In this document: piece by piece, positions 1 to 11,959 of the stretch | Layout of the letters: each line of letters starts with the position of its first letter | How positions within the stretch are numbered: the stretch's first letter is position 1 | From: Balanoglossus misakiensis | Taxonomy: Eukaryota; Animalia; Hemichordata | Assembly (NCBI GenBank): GCA_040954595.2 | Contig: CM082590.2 | Coordinates: 4,588,001 to 4,652,000, forward strand | Length of the DNA stretch: 64,000 nt | Direction: 5' to 3' | Notes under the pieces: generated by a model | What the model was told of the DNA's origin: nothing | Seen by the model: only the letters and a program-made list of their open reading frames with translations | Databases searched by the model: none | Position numbers and translations under genes: made by a program

Positions 1-397
1 GTTTTTGGTATTTTTTTGATAATCCGATGGTTTGCTTTGAAGTTTATTGACATGCTGTCTGTTCAGCTTGTTATGTACAGTTACGTATCAAAAGCAATTT
101 ACTTTGGGTCGTAAATATTAAATACTGTTTGTTCTATTGGCTTTACGCGTATAGTCTTTGACGGAAACCACTCAACACCCTTAATATATAGCACAGGGTG
201 TTTGTTTAGTCGGCAGAAAAACACTCCACCACAATCAAGTAGCTACAAACATTTTCAACCAGATCGCGATAAAGTCAGGAATTATCGTGAGCTACAGCTG
301 TTTTGCAAAATATTGTCGCAACCATGGCCCCTTTAGAGCAACAGTTTCTGAGTTGCCAAAAGAGGCCGTGGTTTATTTCGCATGTTTTTAATTATAC

Positions 398-699
398 TAG
401 TTTAGTATCTAGCCGTATTTTGTCCGCTTTGCTTTCGAATTTATGTCTAGAGTCATGCATGCTACTACATGCCACTGGCCCAATAAAACCTGGGAATTGT
501 GATGTAACTAGCGTCCCTCTGAAGTCAATCCCAGACGGTTTTTCCTAGGATTGGACAAATGATATACATGTGTGTAATTAAGGATGGGTAAAATTTCAAA
601 TTAGCCCCACCATCACTATAATCTAACACCCAATCACCAGTGTTCAGTTTATGTGATTAACTACAAGGGGGTGCTAGTTCCATCACAACTCCTAGACTA
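398..699. mobile_element. TA-flanked MITE (TAGTCTAGTATCTAGCCG family), degenerate right end
   Basis: Homologous to 4958-5289 and ~35190-35450. Confidence 0.65.
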
Positions 700-1032
700 T
701 TCGAGCGCTGACGAAATGGAACCAATCAGAACGTGCGTCTCATAAATGTATCTAAATGCAAATTTTAACCGTTACTTTGCCTTGCCGATTGGTATTATTT
801 TTTCTACCGCAGATCGCTGTCCTGCGTGAGTGTTGCGTGATTGATGGTGATTGGCTGCTCTGTTTCGGCCTTGGTGTAAATCACAGTCGAGGAGTGACCG
901 TGTGTAAATCCTTTTGCTCGTGTCCGCTTATTATCCGGAGACTTCAGTGGAATCGCTCAGGTCTGACTGTCAAATGGACCCCTCTCGAATAAGTATACAG
1001 TCAATCATGACATATTCAGTAGCATAATCACA

Positions 1033-1605
1033 AATGGTGCATAATCACTTTTTCTGAATGAGTCCTCAGCTTAAGAAATATATGTCGAAAATGCAAATTG
1101 CCGTTTTTCTCAGTTTTCATTTTTGCTGCTTTTGACAACTTCAGAAGAATTTAGCTTCGCTCTGCGTTGGCCGAATTTGCTCAAATTTTAACAGGGGATT
1201 GTGTATGACCCATCTAACAATACGAAATATATTTAGTCGATAAAGCGTCAATGGCGGGAATAAACTCTGATTCAATACAACTCAACGTGAATTTGATCAA
1301 ATTTCCTAAAAATCTAACTTTCAAACGCTGTTACTCCTCATGGAAGCAGATAACGCAAAACTGAATTTTCGTTTTTTAACGTTTTGAATGACATATTCAG
1401 ATGCATGATGCATGATCAACTTTTTACCTAATTTCAATTGAATGACATAATATCAAAACATGCTTGTTTTAACCCCAAAAGGCCACCATTTTCGAGGGTC
1501 ATTAAAATGTGAAACTCAAACAAAAGTTCAAAAACTAAGCTTCTAGAATATGTATGGTTTATAGGGGTTTTAAAGTTGTCTTTGATGAGAAATAGGCGCC
1601 AAAGA
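1033..1605 (+). mobile_element. Internal fragment of a TTAA-flanked Kolobok-like non-autonomous element
   Basis: Collinear with 42402-42995 (aaatggtgcataatcac ... gatgagaaatagg). Confidence 0.7.
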
Positions 1606-4600
1606 TTACAAAATAAACATCACCATAAAAGTGTGGCATACAGAATCTATCCCAGTACTATGCTGACGTCATTCTAAAATGCATGCTTGTTTTAAACCAC
1701 CAAAATTATCTTGTTGTTTTTGATAGTGCGGGATTTGGAAGGATACTGGCTTTGCTCAGAACAAATCGTTATCATACAACGCCTGTATTTACTAATGTGT
1801 TAGTATTCTAACTGAATATGAGCCAGTATTTTCACTAGTTAAAACATACAAACGGGTTTTAACTGTTTGGCCGGAACTATTTTTGAGGAGTAACGTGCTT
1901 TATCATCACACTATGTTGTATGATATCGAACTCAGATGCAACTTTGTTTTTTTACAGATATAATATAAGGCCGCATTATTTCACAAAGACTCGAAACTCG
2001 TCGATCAAAATCACACTAACGCACAACGTGTATGTTGTTGTAGCTAACGCGCAGTACACTTTCAGTACGTTCAGATCCTGGTCGCTCATAAATTTCCAGC
2101 TGTATAGTCCAAAAAACCACAGACTACAGACTTTGGTCTTATGATTTCCCAGACTATTTCTGAAAACATACATCAATGCTAACTAAAAGTTGACATATCT
2201 TAGCCAGACTCCTCTGGAAGCAACTTGCTACACAGTGGAGCGAATAAGGGGTGGACGACCGTTCCCTTGCGAGCGACGCACGGGACAATGAACTCTAGTG
2301 GAAAGAGGGGCTGTACTGTTGGGTTATAGAATTTGTTATCTCTTTGTCAAAGCTTTCAGTCTTCCTATGTTGAACGTAACATTTAAACTTCGCCGGGATT
2401 TCACAATGCGAAATAATTGTAAATATATGGTCTTTGGAATGAAAGCAGAATAAGTTTGTATTTTGAATGTGGATGTGACCATTAATACTAAAGCTGCCAC
2501 CCCTTTGAATAATTCTACAGCCAACGTTGATCACCTGATCGACATGTTACCAACATGGCTATACTCCCGCGACCCCCAGACGATAGGTTCAAATTTCTGG
2601 CCGTGAATTTGTTTATCTCGGCGCACTATCTTCGCAAGGCTTAGCGCTTTTTAAAGGTTTTCATGTATGTTTGACCGATATCGCGTTGCATTTTGGTAAT
2701 ATGACAATATTTTAACTCCTTGCTGCACAACTCAAAATATGAAAAAATGTGGCCACATTACCTGAATACAACGCGATACTGGTAAAACTTGTTGTAATAT
2801 CTCCTAAATAATCCCCATAATGTAATATGTAAATGGGTCTCTGAGGAAATGACAGTTGTAAAAAAAATGCTGGAGTGTCCAATGAATGTGTCGTGTAGGA
2901 TAGACTCAGAAACGCGACAACACCCACTTTGCAATGTAAACAAAAATGCCGACATGCACTGCGAACTCGCACCTATAAAACAAAAGATAAGCCAGAGGCG
3001 TCCATCATGAATAATGATTGTTCATGAAATAATGTTTTAGAATTTCTGGATAGTAACTGAGATTCTCCTTTTGCCAACCTACATCTTCTTTTCATAATCT
3101 CGAATAAATTCAATAATCCTTGTGGCATCATTTCCAACTTCCAAAACAAACTAATAATTGCAACATTAGCCAACTTTAGTCTAGAACTCAATACACTCAA
3201 CATATATTTCTGAATGGCACGCCGCCAAATCCACTGGACGTCGACCTCCATACATGGTCTGAAAAGTCGCTGAGTGACAGAGCAAACAACTTTAAAGGAA
3301 CCACATTGATAAAAACAACGCTTTGTGTGGTTTACCGCTGGCCCCTATTGCCTCGCACAAATGGAATTCAACAAAACCACTCGACACCATTTATTGCAAT
3401 CAGTGTTTATATTTACGCACAGAAAAGTACCCCAGCTGTAATAAATAAACATATAAACATATTAAGTCTGAATTTGTTCATCCCTATAAATGAATATTAT
3501 ACCAATCAGCCTAGTAATGTTAATTGTCGATTTGTGTATAAGTACATATGTTGGAATGTGCTAGCGTAGCGGGAAGCATGTCTGGAATTTCAGACAAAAG
3601 AAAAACACTGAGATTAACTATAAAATATAAAATTCAGCACAAAGAGGGAACTGAAGAGGCTCATCAATCAAGACTTTATGAGGTGAGACATGTTTGAAAG
3701 GCAATCGACACATGACCCACAACAAATACACTTATTAGAACAGCAGTAGGGGACTAACAGTTTTAGACAATGAGGCCAACTTTTGATTTCCATCCCTGTA
3801 CTACTGTTGTCCTCCCTCTTGTCGCTAACGAGTCAATCGGATTCAACGCTCTAACACGTGTAATGTAGATAAGCAATTGCTTGCAGTTATTATTGTCATA
3901 GAGAATGGCCTTCATCAACACCTGCATCTGATTATATTTGGAGTCAGTGAAATTGCATGTGTACCAGTGTTAATTGTGTCAGCTTTATCAGCACCGTTCA
4001 TTCGCATTAATCCTTTTCGACTAGGATTTATTAAAACCAAAACCAGTATTCATAAAATTGTCAGCCAATATTGATTTTATTGCTGTTATCAGAGCTCTCA
4101 CAGTGGTACGAAGTAAAGGAGTATGGGGGATATTTGTGACATGACCACTATACAATGTATTCATAAATTTTACCTTTCAGCTATGATGTTTTGGACTATA
4201 TGTACGTCAAGAATTGTTGATGTTGATATTCCGATCCGTGGAATCCGTTTCGAAATTAATTGTCATACAAACAATCTATTCAGCTTGTAATCAGAAGAAA
4301 TTTACTTAGGGTCTTAAAGATTAAATACATGTATACTGTTTATTGTTTTGGTTTTATGGCATCCCGAAACCACTCAACACATTTTATAGCACAGAATGTT
4401 TTAGTTGGTACAGAAATACTCCGCCGCCATTCAAACACACAATCAAGCAGGATAGAAACACTTCTCAACCAGATCGCGATAAAGTCAGGATTATCATGAG
4501 CTAGAATTCATACAGCTGTTTTGCATTCAACACATTGACGTAAGCTATCCCCCCCTGTACAGTTTCTGAGTTGCCAGAAGAGACCATGTTTTATTTCTCA

Positions 4601-4957
4601 TGTTTAGAATTAATCAATCATTCATCGGCCAGTTACAGAGTTGACGAAACGGAGCCAATCAGAATGTACGTCTCACAAATGTGTCCACATATAAATTAAA
4701 CCGTTACTTGTCCAGTACTATTTTATTTCGACTGCAGATCGCTGTCTTACGTGAATGTTGCATGATTGATTTGGGGTTTTGTGCTACTCCGTTTCGGCTT
4801 TCTTTACAAGCTCAGTCTAGCAGTGATGACTTTGCTCGAACAAGGAAAACGGTAAATCCTGACACGTTAAGTAGATTCATGAGTGTGAGTACACATTTGT
4901 TCCACAGTAGATTACATCGGGGACACACTGCACTGTTAACAGGATCGCATGTCAGAA

Positions 4958-5289
4958 TAGTCTAGTATCTAGCCGTATCTTGTCCGCTTTGCTTCCAAAA
5001 CTACGTCTAACTCCAATCATGCCACTAGCCCAATAAAACCTCATACCCCTTGCTGGGATTTGAGATGTAACTAGCGTCTCTCTGATATCAATCACCGAAT
5101 TTGTTTATCCAATGATTGGAGAAAGGATATACATATGTGTAATGAAGGATGGGTTACATTTTAAATTCAAATTAGCCCTACCTTCACTATAACCTTACAC
5201 CCAATCACCATTGTTCAGTTTATGTGAGTGACTTCAAGGGGACGCTAGTAACGCTAGTAATGCTAGTAATACGGCTAGATACTAGACTA
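4958..5289. mobile_element. TA-flanked MITE with TIR TAGTCTAGTATCTAGCCGTAT
   Basis: Perfect terminal inverted repeats at both ends. Interior is shared with 398-699 and 35190-35450. Confidence 0.75.
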
Positions 5290-8200
5290 GTGTCTGCATG
5301 GCCATGGAAAAGTCCTCAGAATTTCGGTAGATTTTCTATCGAATATCGTTAATGTTGTAAAGAAATTGCAACTGATAGATTATGGAACATCTACAGAACT
5401 TACTGTAAGGGGTGCACCACTTTGCAACGTAAACAAAGAGTGTCGCGATGCAATGTGAACTTGTTCTTTTATAACAAAAATAAAGCAAATACGTCCATCA
5501 ATTACAATGATCATTCATTACAATAATGTTTCAGATGGTCAGGATATAAACTGAGAATTTACTTTTGCCAGCCAACATCATCTTTTTATAATGTCAATTA
5601 AATTCAAGAAGACTCGTGGCATCATTTCAAAATATTAATTCCTACATACAAACTAATAATTGGCAAATTAGCTAACTTTAGTCTTATTACACTTACCGCC
5701 GAGTTCTGAATGACACGCCGTCAAAGCCACTGGACGTCGACCTGCATACACGGTCAGAATACTTGCTGTATGACAGAGCAGACAACTTTAAAGGAACCGC
5801 ATTGATAACAGCGTCACTTTGCATGGTTTATTGCTGTCCACCACTGCCTTGCACAAATGGATTCAACCGAAACCACTCGACGTCATTTATTGCAACTAGT
5901 GTTAACCTTTACACACACAAAATATCCCTGCTGTAAACTATAAGCATATAAAGTTTAAGTCTAAAAAATTGTCTTCTGTATAAAATACAAGTATGAATTT
6001 TATCAGCTGTCTTGTAATGCATATTGTTGATTCTTTTGTACCTATATGTGTTGGAATGTATTAGCATAGCGGGGGGGGGGGTCATCCCTGGAATTTGGAG
6101 ATATTACAAAAATGGGGAAGATAAATTCAGCACAAATGGGGGGGGTGATGAGGCTCTCAAATCTAAAATCTGTGAGGTTAGACATGTTCGAAGAAAGGAA
6201 ATTGACACAAGACCACAATACACGCACTGATAAGAACAGCGGTATAAGACATAACATTGACCAGTTGTCAAAAAATGTCGGTCAATTGTATTGCTCTTAT
6301 CAATAGAGAATGGCCTTCTTACATGTTGGAGTCAGTGAGACTCCATGTGTACCAGTGTCCTGTGTGTAACTATTATCAGCACTGCTCAACTGAATTCATA
6401 CTTTTAGAATTAAAACTTTCACTTTGACTATGGTTCCTATTAGCCAACATCGATTGAATTGTTGTTCATATCAGCGCGTTTACACTCTTTCATGTACTAT
6501 GTAAAGAAGTGTAAATGACATCCCTGTCCACACAAGACCACTATAAAAGTCTTAAGTTTGGCCTTCCATTCATGAGGTTTCTGTGACAATTCTTTAGGTA
6601 TTGTTGTTTTCGATATTCTGGTGGTTTAGTTTGAAGTTTATTGGTATGTACAGGTACGTATCAGAAGCAGTTTACTTTGGGTCGTAAAGATTAAATACTG
6701 TTTGTTCTATTAGCTTTACGCGTATAGACTTTGACGGAAACCACTCACCACACTTAATATATAGCACAGGGTGTTTGTTTAGTCGGCAGAAAAACACTCC
6801 ACCACAATCAAGTAGCTACAACCATTTTTCAACCAGATCGTGATAAAATCGGAATTATCGTGAGCTACAGTTTATACATCTGACCTGGTTTCAAATCGTT
6901 ATCATTGGTAACTATGTAAACAAAGAACATAGCAACCACAACCAAAACAGAAAAACGGCCGAAAAAATCAAATCTGAATGCATTATGCATTATTCACAAT
7001 TTCAAAACCATAAGAGTGTTCGTAAGACGTTTGTAACTCAGAGTTTTGATTTTCTATCCCCAAAGAGGTTATTTGTAGAAATTGAACCAAACAGAAATTC
7101 ATCGAGTTTGGTGCGTTCTGCCTGCGCGTCGCTCTACCATTGATTGCAATGGCACAGCTATGAAAACGTCTAGCGTCAAGCAAAACATATCGGAAGATTT
7201 CTCGAGTTTGAAGCGTGAGCCTAATAAAACAAAATGACCAGATTGTTCCATGATATCTATATAACATGTTGATATATCATTTTCGTTCTAAAATGTAAGA
7301 GAGAAAATTTTGAACGAGAGAGTTCTGGCGATAGTATTTAGGCAAAGCAGACACACCAAAGGAACTGCGTCAGCGCGCAATATACGTAGATTGCAGTTGA
7401 TTATGCTCAATCAATGTTTCTGTACTTTCAACAGTTTGCCAGTACTTCGCAAAATACATTGTCTTTTATATCATCAGGTCTTCTGTATAGTCATTATTAA
7501 ATACTGTCTGTTTGGAACTGTCAGACTGGAATAGCTTTCTAGATGACCTTTCATGTTTTCTACAACTTTTCACATTTATTCACATTTAGGAAATGCTTCA
7601 TTGTGTAACTCCATCCCAGCTGTATTCTGGATATAACTCAAATCATGCCTAACAGGAAAAGGACAAACCATTTTGACATCGGGCAGTATGCAGTCCAACA
7701 AAAAAAGCAGAGAAATAGCTAGAGACATACAACTACAACAGCTGTTAGATGCTGAGTTAGCTGCAAAGACACTGCCAGAAAAAGTTAAGAGCAAGTCAGA
7801 GAATAGATACAAGCTAGGGGCATGGGCGAGAGAGACTCACCACACTTAATATATAGCACAGGGCGGTTGTTTAGTCGGCAGAAAAACACTCCACCACAAT
7901 CAAGTAGCCACACACTTTTTTCAACCAGATCTTGATAAAGTCAGGAATTATCGTGAGCTACAGTTTATACAGCTATTTGGCAAAATATTGACGCAAACAT
8001 GGCCCCTTTAGAGGAACAATTACTGAGTTGCCATAAGAGGCTGTGTTTATTTCGCATTTAATGATTCATCGAGCAATTCCAGCGCTGGCTTTGCTCAGGA
8101 CCATACTGTATCATGCATGCCTGCAACGCCTGTATTTAGTAATGCGTTATTATTCTAACTGAAGATATGATCCCTTACTTTCACTAGTGGAAATACAGAG

Positions 8201-8650
8201 CCGTGTGTGGTCGGCACTATTTTTGAGAATTAACGTGCTAAATTATCACCTTGAGATATCGAAACCAGATGCAATTTTGTTTGGTTACAGATATATGTGA
8301 GGCCACATTATTGATCAAAATCACACTAACTCACAACGTGATAATGTGACAATATTTTGACTCCTATAGCTGGGCAACTCGTCACAATATGACAAATATG
8401 CAGCGCGATATTTGTAAAACTTTTTGTAATATCGATATGTCAGGAAATGACAGGTGTTAAATAGATCTCGTTTAGGGTAGACTGAGAAACGCGACAACAT
8501 AACTTTCCAATGTAACCAAAAAATGTCAACATGCACTGTGTGCTCGTTCCTCAAAAACAAAAGTAAAGCGGACGTGCCCATCGTGAATAACGATCGTTTA
8601 TTAAAAATATGGTTTAGATGTTCAGGTTAGTAATTATTAATACGCCTTTT

Positions 8651-9687
8651 TTAGGTCCCATTGGTATAGGCCTATATACCATGGGACCTTATGGGATGGG
8701 TTGCGTCTGTATGTATGTATGGATGGATGGATGGATGGATGGATGGATGGATGGATGTATGGATGGATGTATGTCTGTATGTCCGTCCACATCAAAAACT
8801 TGAAAACCGCTGCGCGTATCACCTCAATATTTGGTGTGTAGGTGCAGGCCGGGCTGTAGATGGGAGTTTGTCCAAACGAAGTTGCCAGGCCCAAAAATAT
8901 GCAAATTAGCTTGTAAAATGTGAAATTGATCAAAACTCTGTAAGTCAACAACTACTGGTCAGATTGCTTTGAAAATTGGTATGCATGTACCTTATGTCAA
9001 CCTCACACCGACATGGATGTTTTTTTTTTTATAAATTTTTTAGTCTTTTTATTAAATTTATACCTTTACTTATATCTCTATGGTTAAGCTATGTCCACGT
9101 CTTATAGTGGAATTCTGGTCTGTGCAATAGTCCTGTACAGTGACTGTCTATTGGTCAGTGAGCACAATGGGGCCAAAATAAAAGGCAATTTTTGGGCTCA
9201 CCTGTAACACCTGCTTAACACATTAATTATGTGCATACCTAATTCCGGGCTAACTCATAGGGCTAGAGGTTTCGTTCTTGTGGGTCATGGACCAGTATAG
9301 GGTCAAAATTTCTTGCCCAAATTTTGGGTGACCGCAGGTGACCTTTGACCTACTTTCCTATATCTCGGCATCCAGAGCAGGTACAGACTTGGCGTTTGGA
9401 GGGTTGGGACTAAAATTGAAAAGCCAACATTGGGGGTCACCTGTGACACCTGCATATCTCATTAATTATGTGCATACCTAATTCCAGGCTAACCAATAGG
9501 GCTATAGGTTTGGTTTTTGTTGAACATGGACCAATATAGGGTCAAAATTTCATGCCCAAATTTGCATGACCTCAGGTGACCTTTGACCTACTTTACCATA
9601 TCTTGGCATCCAGAGCAGATATGCTTATTGCTATGTTGCTATGTGCTATGTCCTCAAATGGGACCACAGTGTCCTTGACGCTATTTT
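8651..9687 (+). mobile_element. Helentron-associated (HINE/DINE-1-like) element, family A
   Basis: Starts in a T-run with hairpin AGGTCCCAT...ATGGGACCT, then (ATGG)n microsatellite and ~240-bp internal tandem units. 3' subterminal ATGGGACC + short hairpin + T-run. Confidence 0.75.
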
Positions 9688-10274
9688 TTTAAATTGTTGA
9701 ATAAATTCAAGAGAGCTTGTTGGATAATTTCAAACTTTGTACAAATTTAACAATCTAATTATTGCAAAATGAGTTTAATGTACTTTTGAACTTGATACAC
9801 TTAAAGGTACAAATAATCTCACATATGCTTTTAATTATGTCTAGTAAATGATATTTCATGATAATATATCCAGCTCAACATTTATTTATGACAAAATGGC
9901 CAAAAATTAAAGAAAAATAAAAATTCCTGCAATTTTAAAAAAGTGCAATATTGCAATGAAAAATAAAAATTAAAAATTTGCCTAAACTTACTTTGAAGTG
10001 CAAATTAAAAGTCTTTGAATGGAGCGTAGTGTATCTACCAAAATATGCCTTTCCACTTATCGAAGATAGCTGGCGCTATTCCTAAGTACTGAATATTCAA
10101 TTCAATACTACAGTCCTCTATAGAGACCCTTCATTCCACTTGAGACAGCCGTGAAGCAGGCAAGGCGTGTGTAAGCTACATGAGCTATAAACAAGCTATT
10201 TCAGCAATTTTTAAAGCACAAGGCAACAAACCTTCCAATTCACATGAAGCCGGGACGGGTGGGAGGGATGGAGC

Positions 10275-10383
10275 GTAGATACACTACGCTCCATTCAAAG
10301 ACTTTTAATTTGCACTTCAAAGTAAGTTTAGGCAAATTTTTAAGTCTTTTTCATTCCGCTCCGTGTATCTACCAAAATATGCC
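10275..10383. repeat. DIRS internal complementary region (ICR)
   Basis: 10275-10342 is the reverse complement of 9971-10038. 10343-10383 is the reverse complement of 14744-14784 (1 mismatch). Confidence 0.93.
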
Positions 10384-10432
10384 GAATCCCAAGTTGGGCT
10401 GAATGTGACACGATAACAGAATCGTAACTGAC

Positions 10433-11959
10433 CTATTGCTGGTCTTGACCAGCCATCAGTATAAGACGACCTGCATCTGAGGACTCTGTGTGTCTCTGGT
10501 AGAATCTTGTAAATGTAGAAGTATTTGACCAATCTCCAAGATGAAGAATCTGTGTCAAAGTTGCTCCCTGTCTCTGAGCTGCTGAGCACGCTGCTCCTCT
10601 AACACTGTGAGCCTTGAAACATTTTGTGTCAATGCCTGCCTCAGTCATGACTGTTCGCACCCAACGTGCAATAGCCTGTGAAGTCACTTCATGATAAGGA
10701 CTTCTAAATGAAATAAAGAGTCTTGAAGGGCGAGTCTTGCCAGATTGTACAACCATATCTGTAAACTTCGTGGTTCTGGAAATATAACTTCTTATATAGT
10801 GTCTGACATCGAGAGACTTATCTCGAAAAGCAGGACACTTCACAGTCTTGTATGGCTTGGTAACCGATGACGTCTTCGTCAGTTGTGGAACAACAAATGA
10901 AATAAAATTATCAGCTATATTACAAAACTTAATATCCAAATTTGCTATCGTCTGACCTCTGTCTGAGGATGTCAGCGCTAGTAGCATAACAGTTTTCAAA
11001 GTTAACTGTTTCAAACTCAAACTCGAAGTTGGGTGTAACGACTTCAGATAATTCAATACTCTTGTAACATCCCATGTGAATGGATATCTTGGCGCTGGTG
11101 GCCGAATATGAAACATTCCTCTGAGTAACTTGACTATCAGTGGATGAGATCCTATATGTTTGCCATCCACACTAAAGTGTGATGATGAGATGGCTGCTCG
11201 ATACCCATTCAGTGTACTGTACGTTAGGTTTCCATCCTGAAATAGTTCAGTAAGAAACTCTACTACTGTTGGTACAGGACATGAAACTGGATCAATGTGT
11301 CGTTGACTACACCAGCTTGCAAACTTTGTCCACTTGAAGTCATACTGTCTTGATGTGCTTTGCCGCACTGCTTTGACAAGAATGTCTGTTGCCTTTGCTG
11401 AAAGTCCCTGACTTCTGTAGTGTCTCCTGATAGCATCCAAGCGGCTAAGGGTACTAGATTTATTCTGGGTGGTCGCCCTGTGTGTGGTTCCACAAGCAAG
11501 TCTCTGCACTTTGGTAACAGAACTGGACATTGACTCGACATTTGTAGTAGTAGTGGATACCAGGGTCTCTTTGCCCATACCGGTGTTACCATGATTGTTC
11601 TGCCCTTGTCTCTCCGAATTTTCTGTAGACATTTGGTTATTAGTGGTGGTGGCGGAAACATGTACATATCTTTGTCTGCCCAACTCAGTGAGAATGCATT
11701 CACTGCCATTGCTTGGGGATCTATTGTCCATGATACATACTGCGGAAGCTGCTTTGTTATGCGGCTTGCAAACATGTCCACCACAGGCTGATGCAAGTGT
11801 AAACAAATCTGTTGAAATACACTGGGGTTCAGCTGATAATCGTGATGATCGTGAAACACTCTGGACTGCTTGTCTGCTCTGACATTGAGAATCCCGGGTA
11901 AATGTTCTACCCTGAGGTGGATGTTTCTGTTTTCCATACCTGCCATATCTGTAGTGCAA
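10433..11959 (-). CDS. DIRS tyrosine recombinase (phage-integrase family)
   Basis: SAM-like binding region (STSRQYDFKW, YSTLNGYRAAIS), LALTSSDR (catalytic R), AHSVR (H-x-x-R), GDWSNTSTFTRFY (W and catalytic Y). Confidence 0.95.
   Translation of the reverse strand: MHYRYGRYGKQKHPPQGRTFTRDSQCQSRQAVQSVSRSSRLSAEPQCISTDLFTLASACGGHVCKPHNKAASAVCIMDNRSPSNGSECILTELGRQRYVHVSATTTNNQMSTENSERQGQNNHGNTGMGKETLVSTTTTNVESMSSSVTKVQRLACGTTHRATTQNKSSTLSRLDAIRRHYRSQGLSAKATDILVKAVRQSTSRQYDFKWTKFASWCSQRHIDPVSCPVPTVVEFLTELFQDGNLTYSTLNGYRAAISSSHFSVDGKHIGSHPLIVKLLRGMFHIRPPAPRYPFTWDVTRVLNYLKSLHPTSSLSLKQLTLKTVMLLALTSSDRGQTIANLDIKFCNIADNFISFVVPQLTKTSSVTKPYKTVKCPAFRDKSLDVRHYIRSYISRTTKFTDMVVQSGKTRPSRLFISFRSPYHEVTSQAIARWVRTVMTEAGIDTKCFKAHSVRGAACSAAQRQGATLTQILHLGDWSNTSTFTRFYQRHTESSDAGRLILMAGQDQQ
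11263..11937 (-). CDS. DIRS pol C-terminus: end of RNase H + DNA N6-adenine methyltransferase-like domain (after frameshift)
   Basis: HLPGILNVRADKQSR, VDMFASR, AVNAFSLSW, YMFPP, TPVWAKRPWYP are the characteristic DIRS MT-domain motifs. They lie in the C-terminal part of ORF 11263-13251. Confidence 0.85.
   Translation of the reverse strand: MENRNIHLRVEHLPGILNVRADKQSRVFHDHHDYQLNPSVFQQICLHLHQPVVDMFASRITKQLPQYVSWTIDPQAMAVNAFSLSWADKDMYMFPPPPLITKCLQKIRRDKGRTIMVTPVWAKRPWYPLLLQMSSQCPVLLPKCRDLLVEPHTGRPPRINLVPLAAWMLSGDTTEVRDFQQRQQTFLSKQCGKAHQDSMTSSGQSLQAGVVNDTLIQFHVLYQQ

Larger units (their letters stand above)
1..8640 (+). repeat. Diverged tandem macro-repeat array (multi-kb unit, ~3 rearranged copies; continues at 15080-15690)
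   Basis: Block aaaccactca...aaccagatcgcgataaagtcagga at ~165, 4367, 6738, 7837. Block gacagagcaaacaactttaaagg at ~3276, 5772, 15152. Block acggagccaatcaga at ~712 and 4648. Block ctggctttgctcag at ~1746 and 8085. Confidence 0.8.

Noticed and set aside
7570-7820. Coding-like plus-strand stretch (KGQTILTSGSMQSNKKSREIARDIQLQQLLDAEL)
   Set aside because: Short, interrupted by stops, no recognisable motif; probably a TE relic but not assignable.
8618-8951. ORFs with MDGW/IHPS repeats (also 19882-20165, 28885-29235, 53003-53389)
   Set aside because: Translations of tetranucleotide microsatellites.
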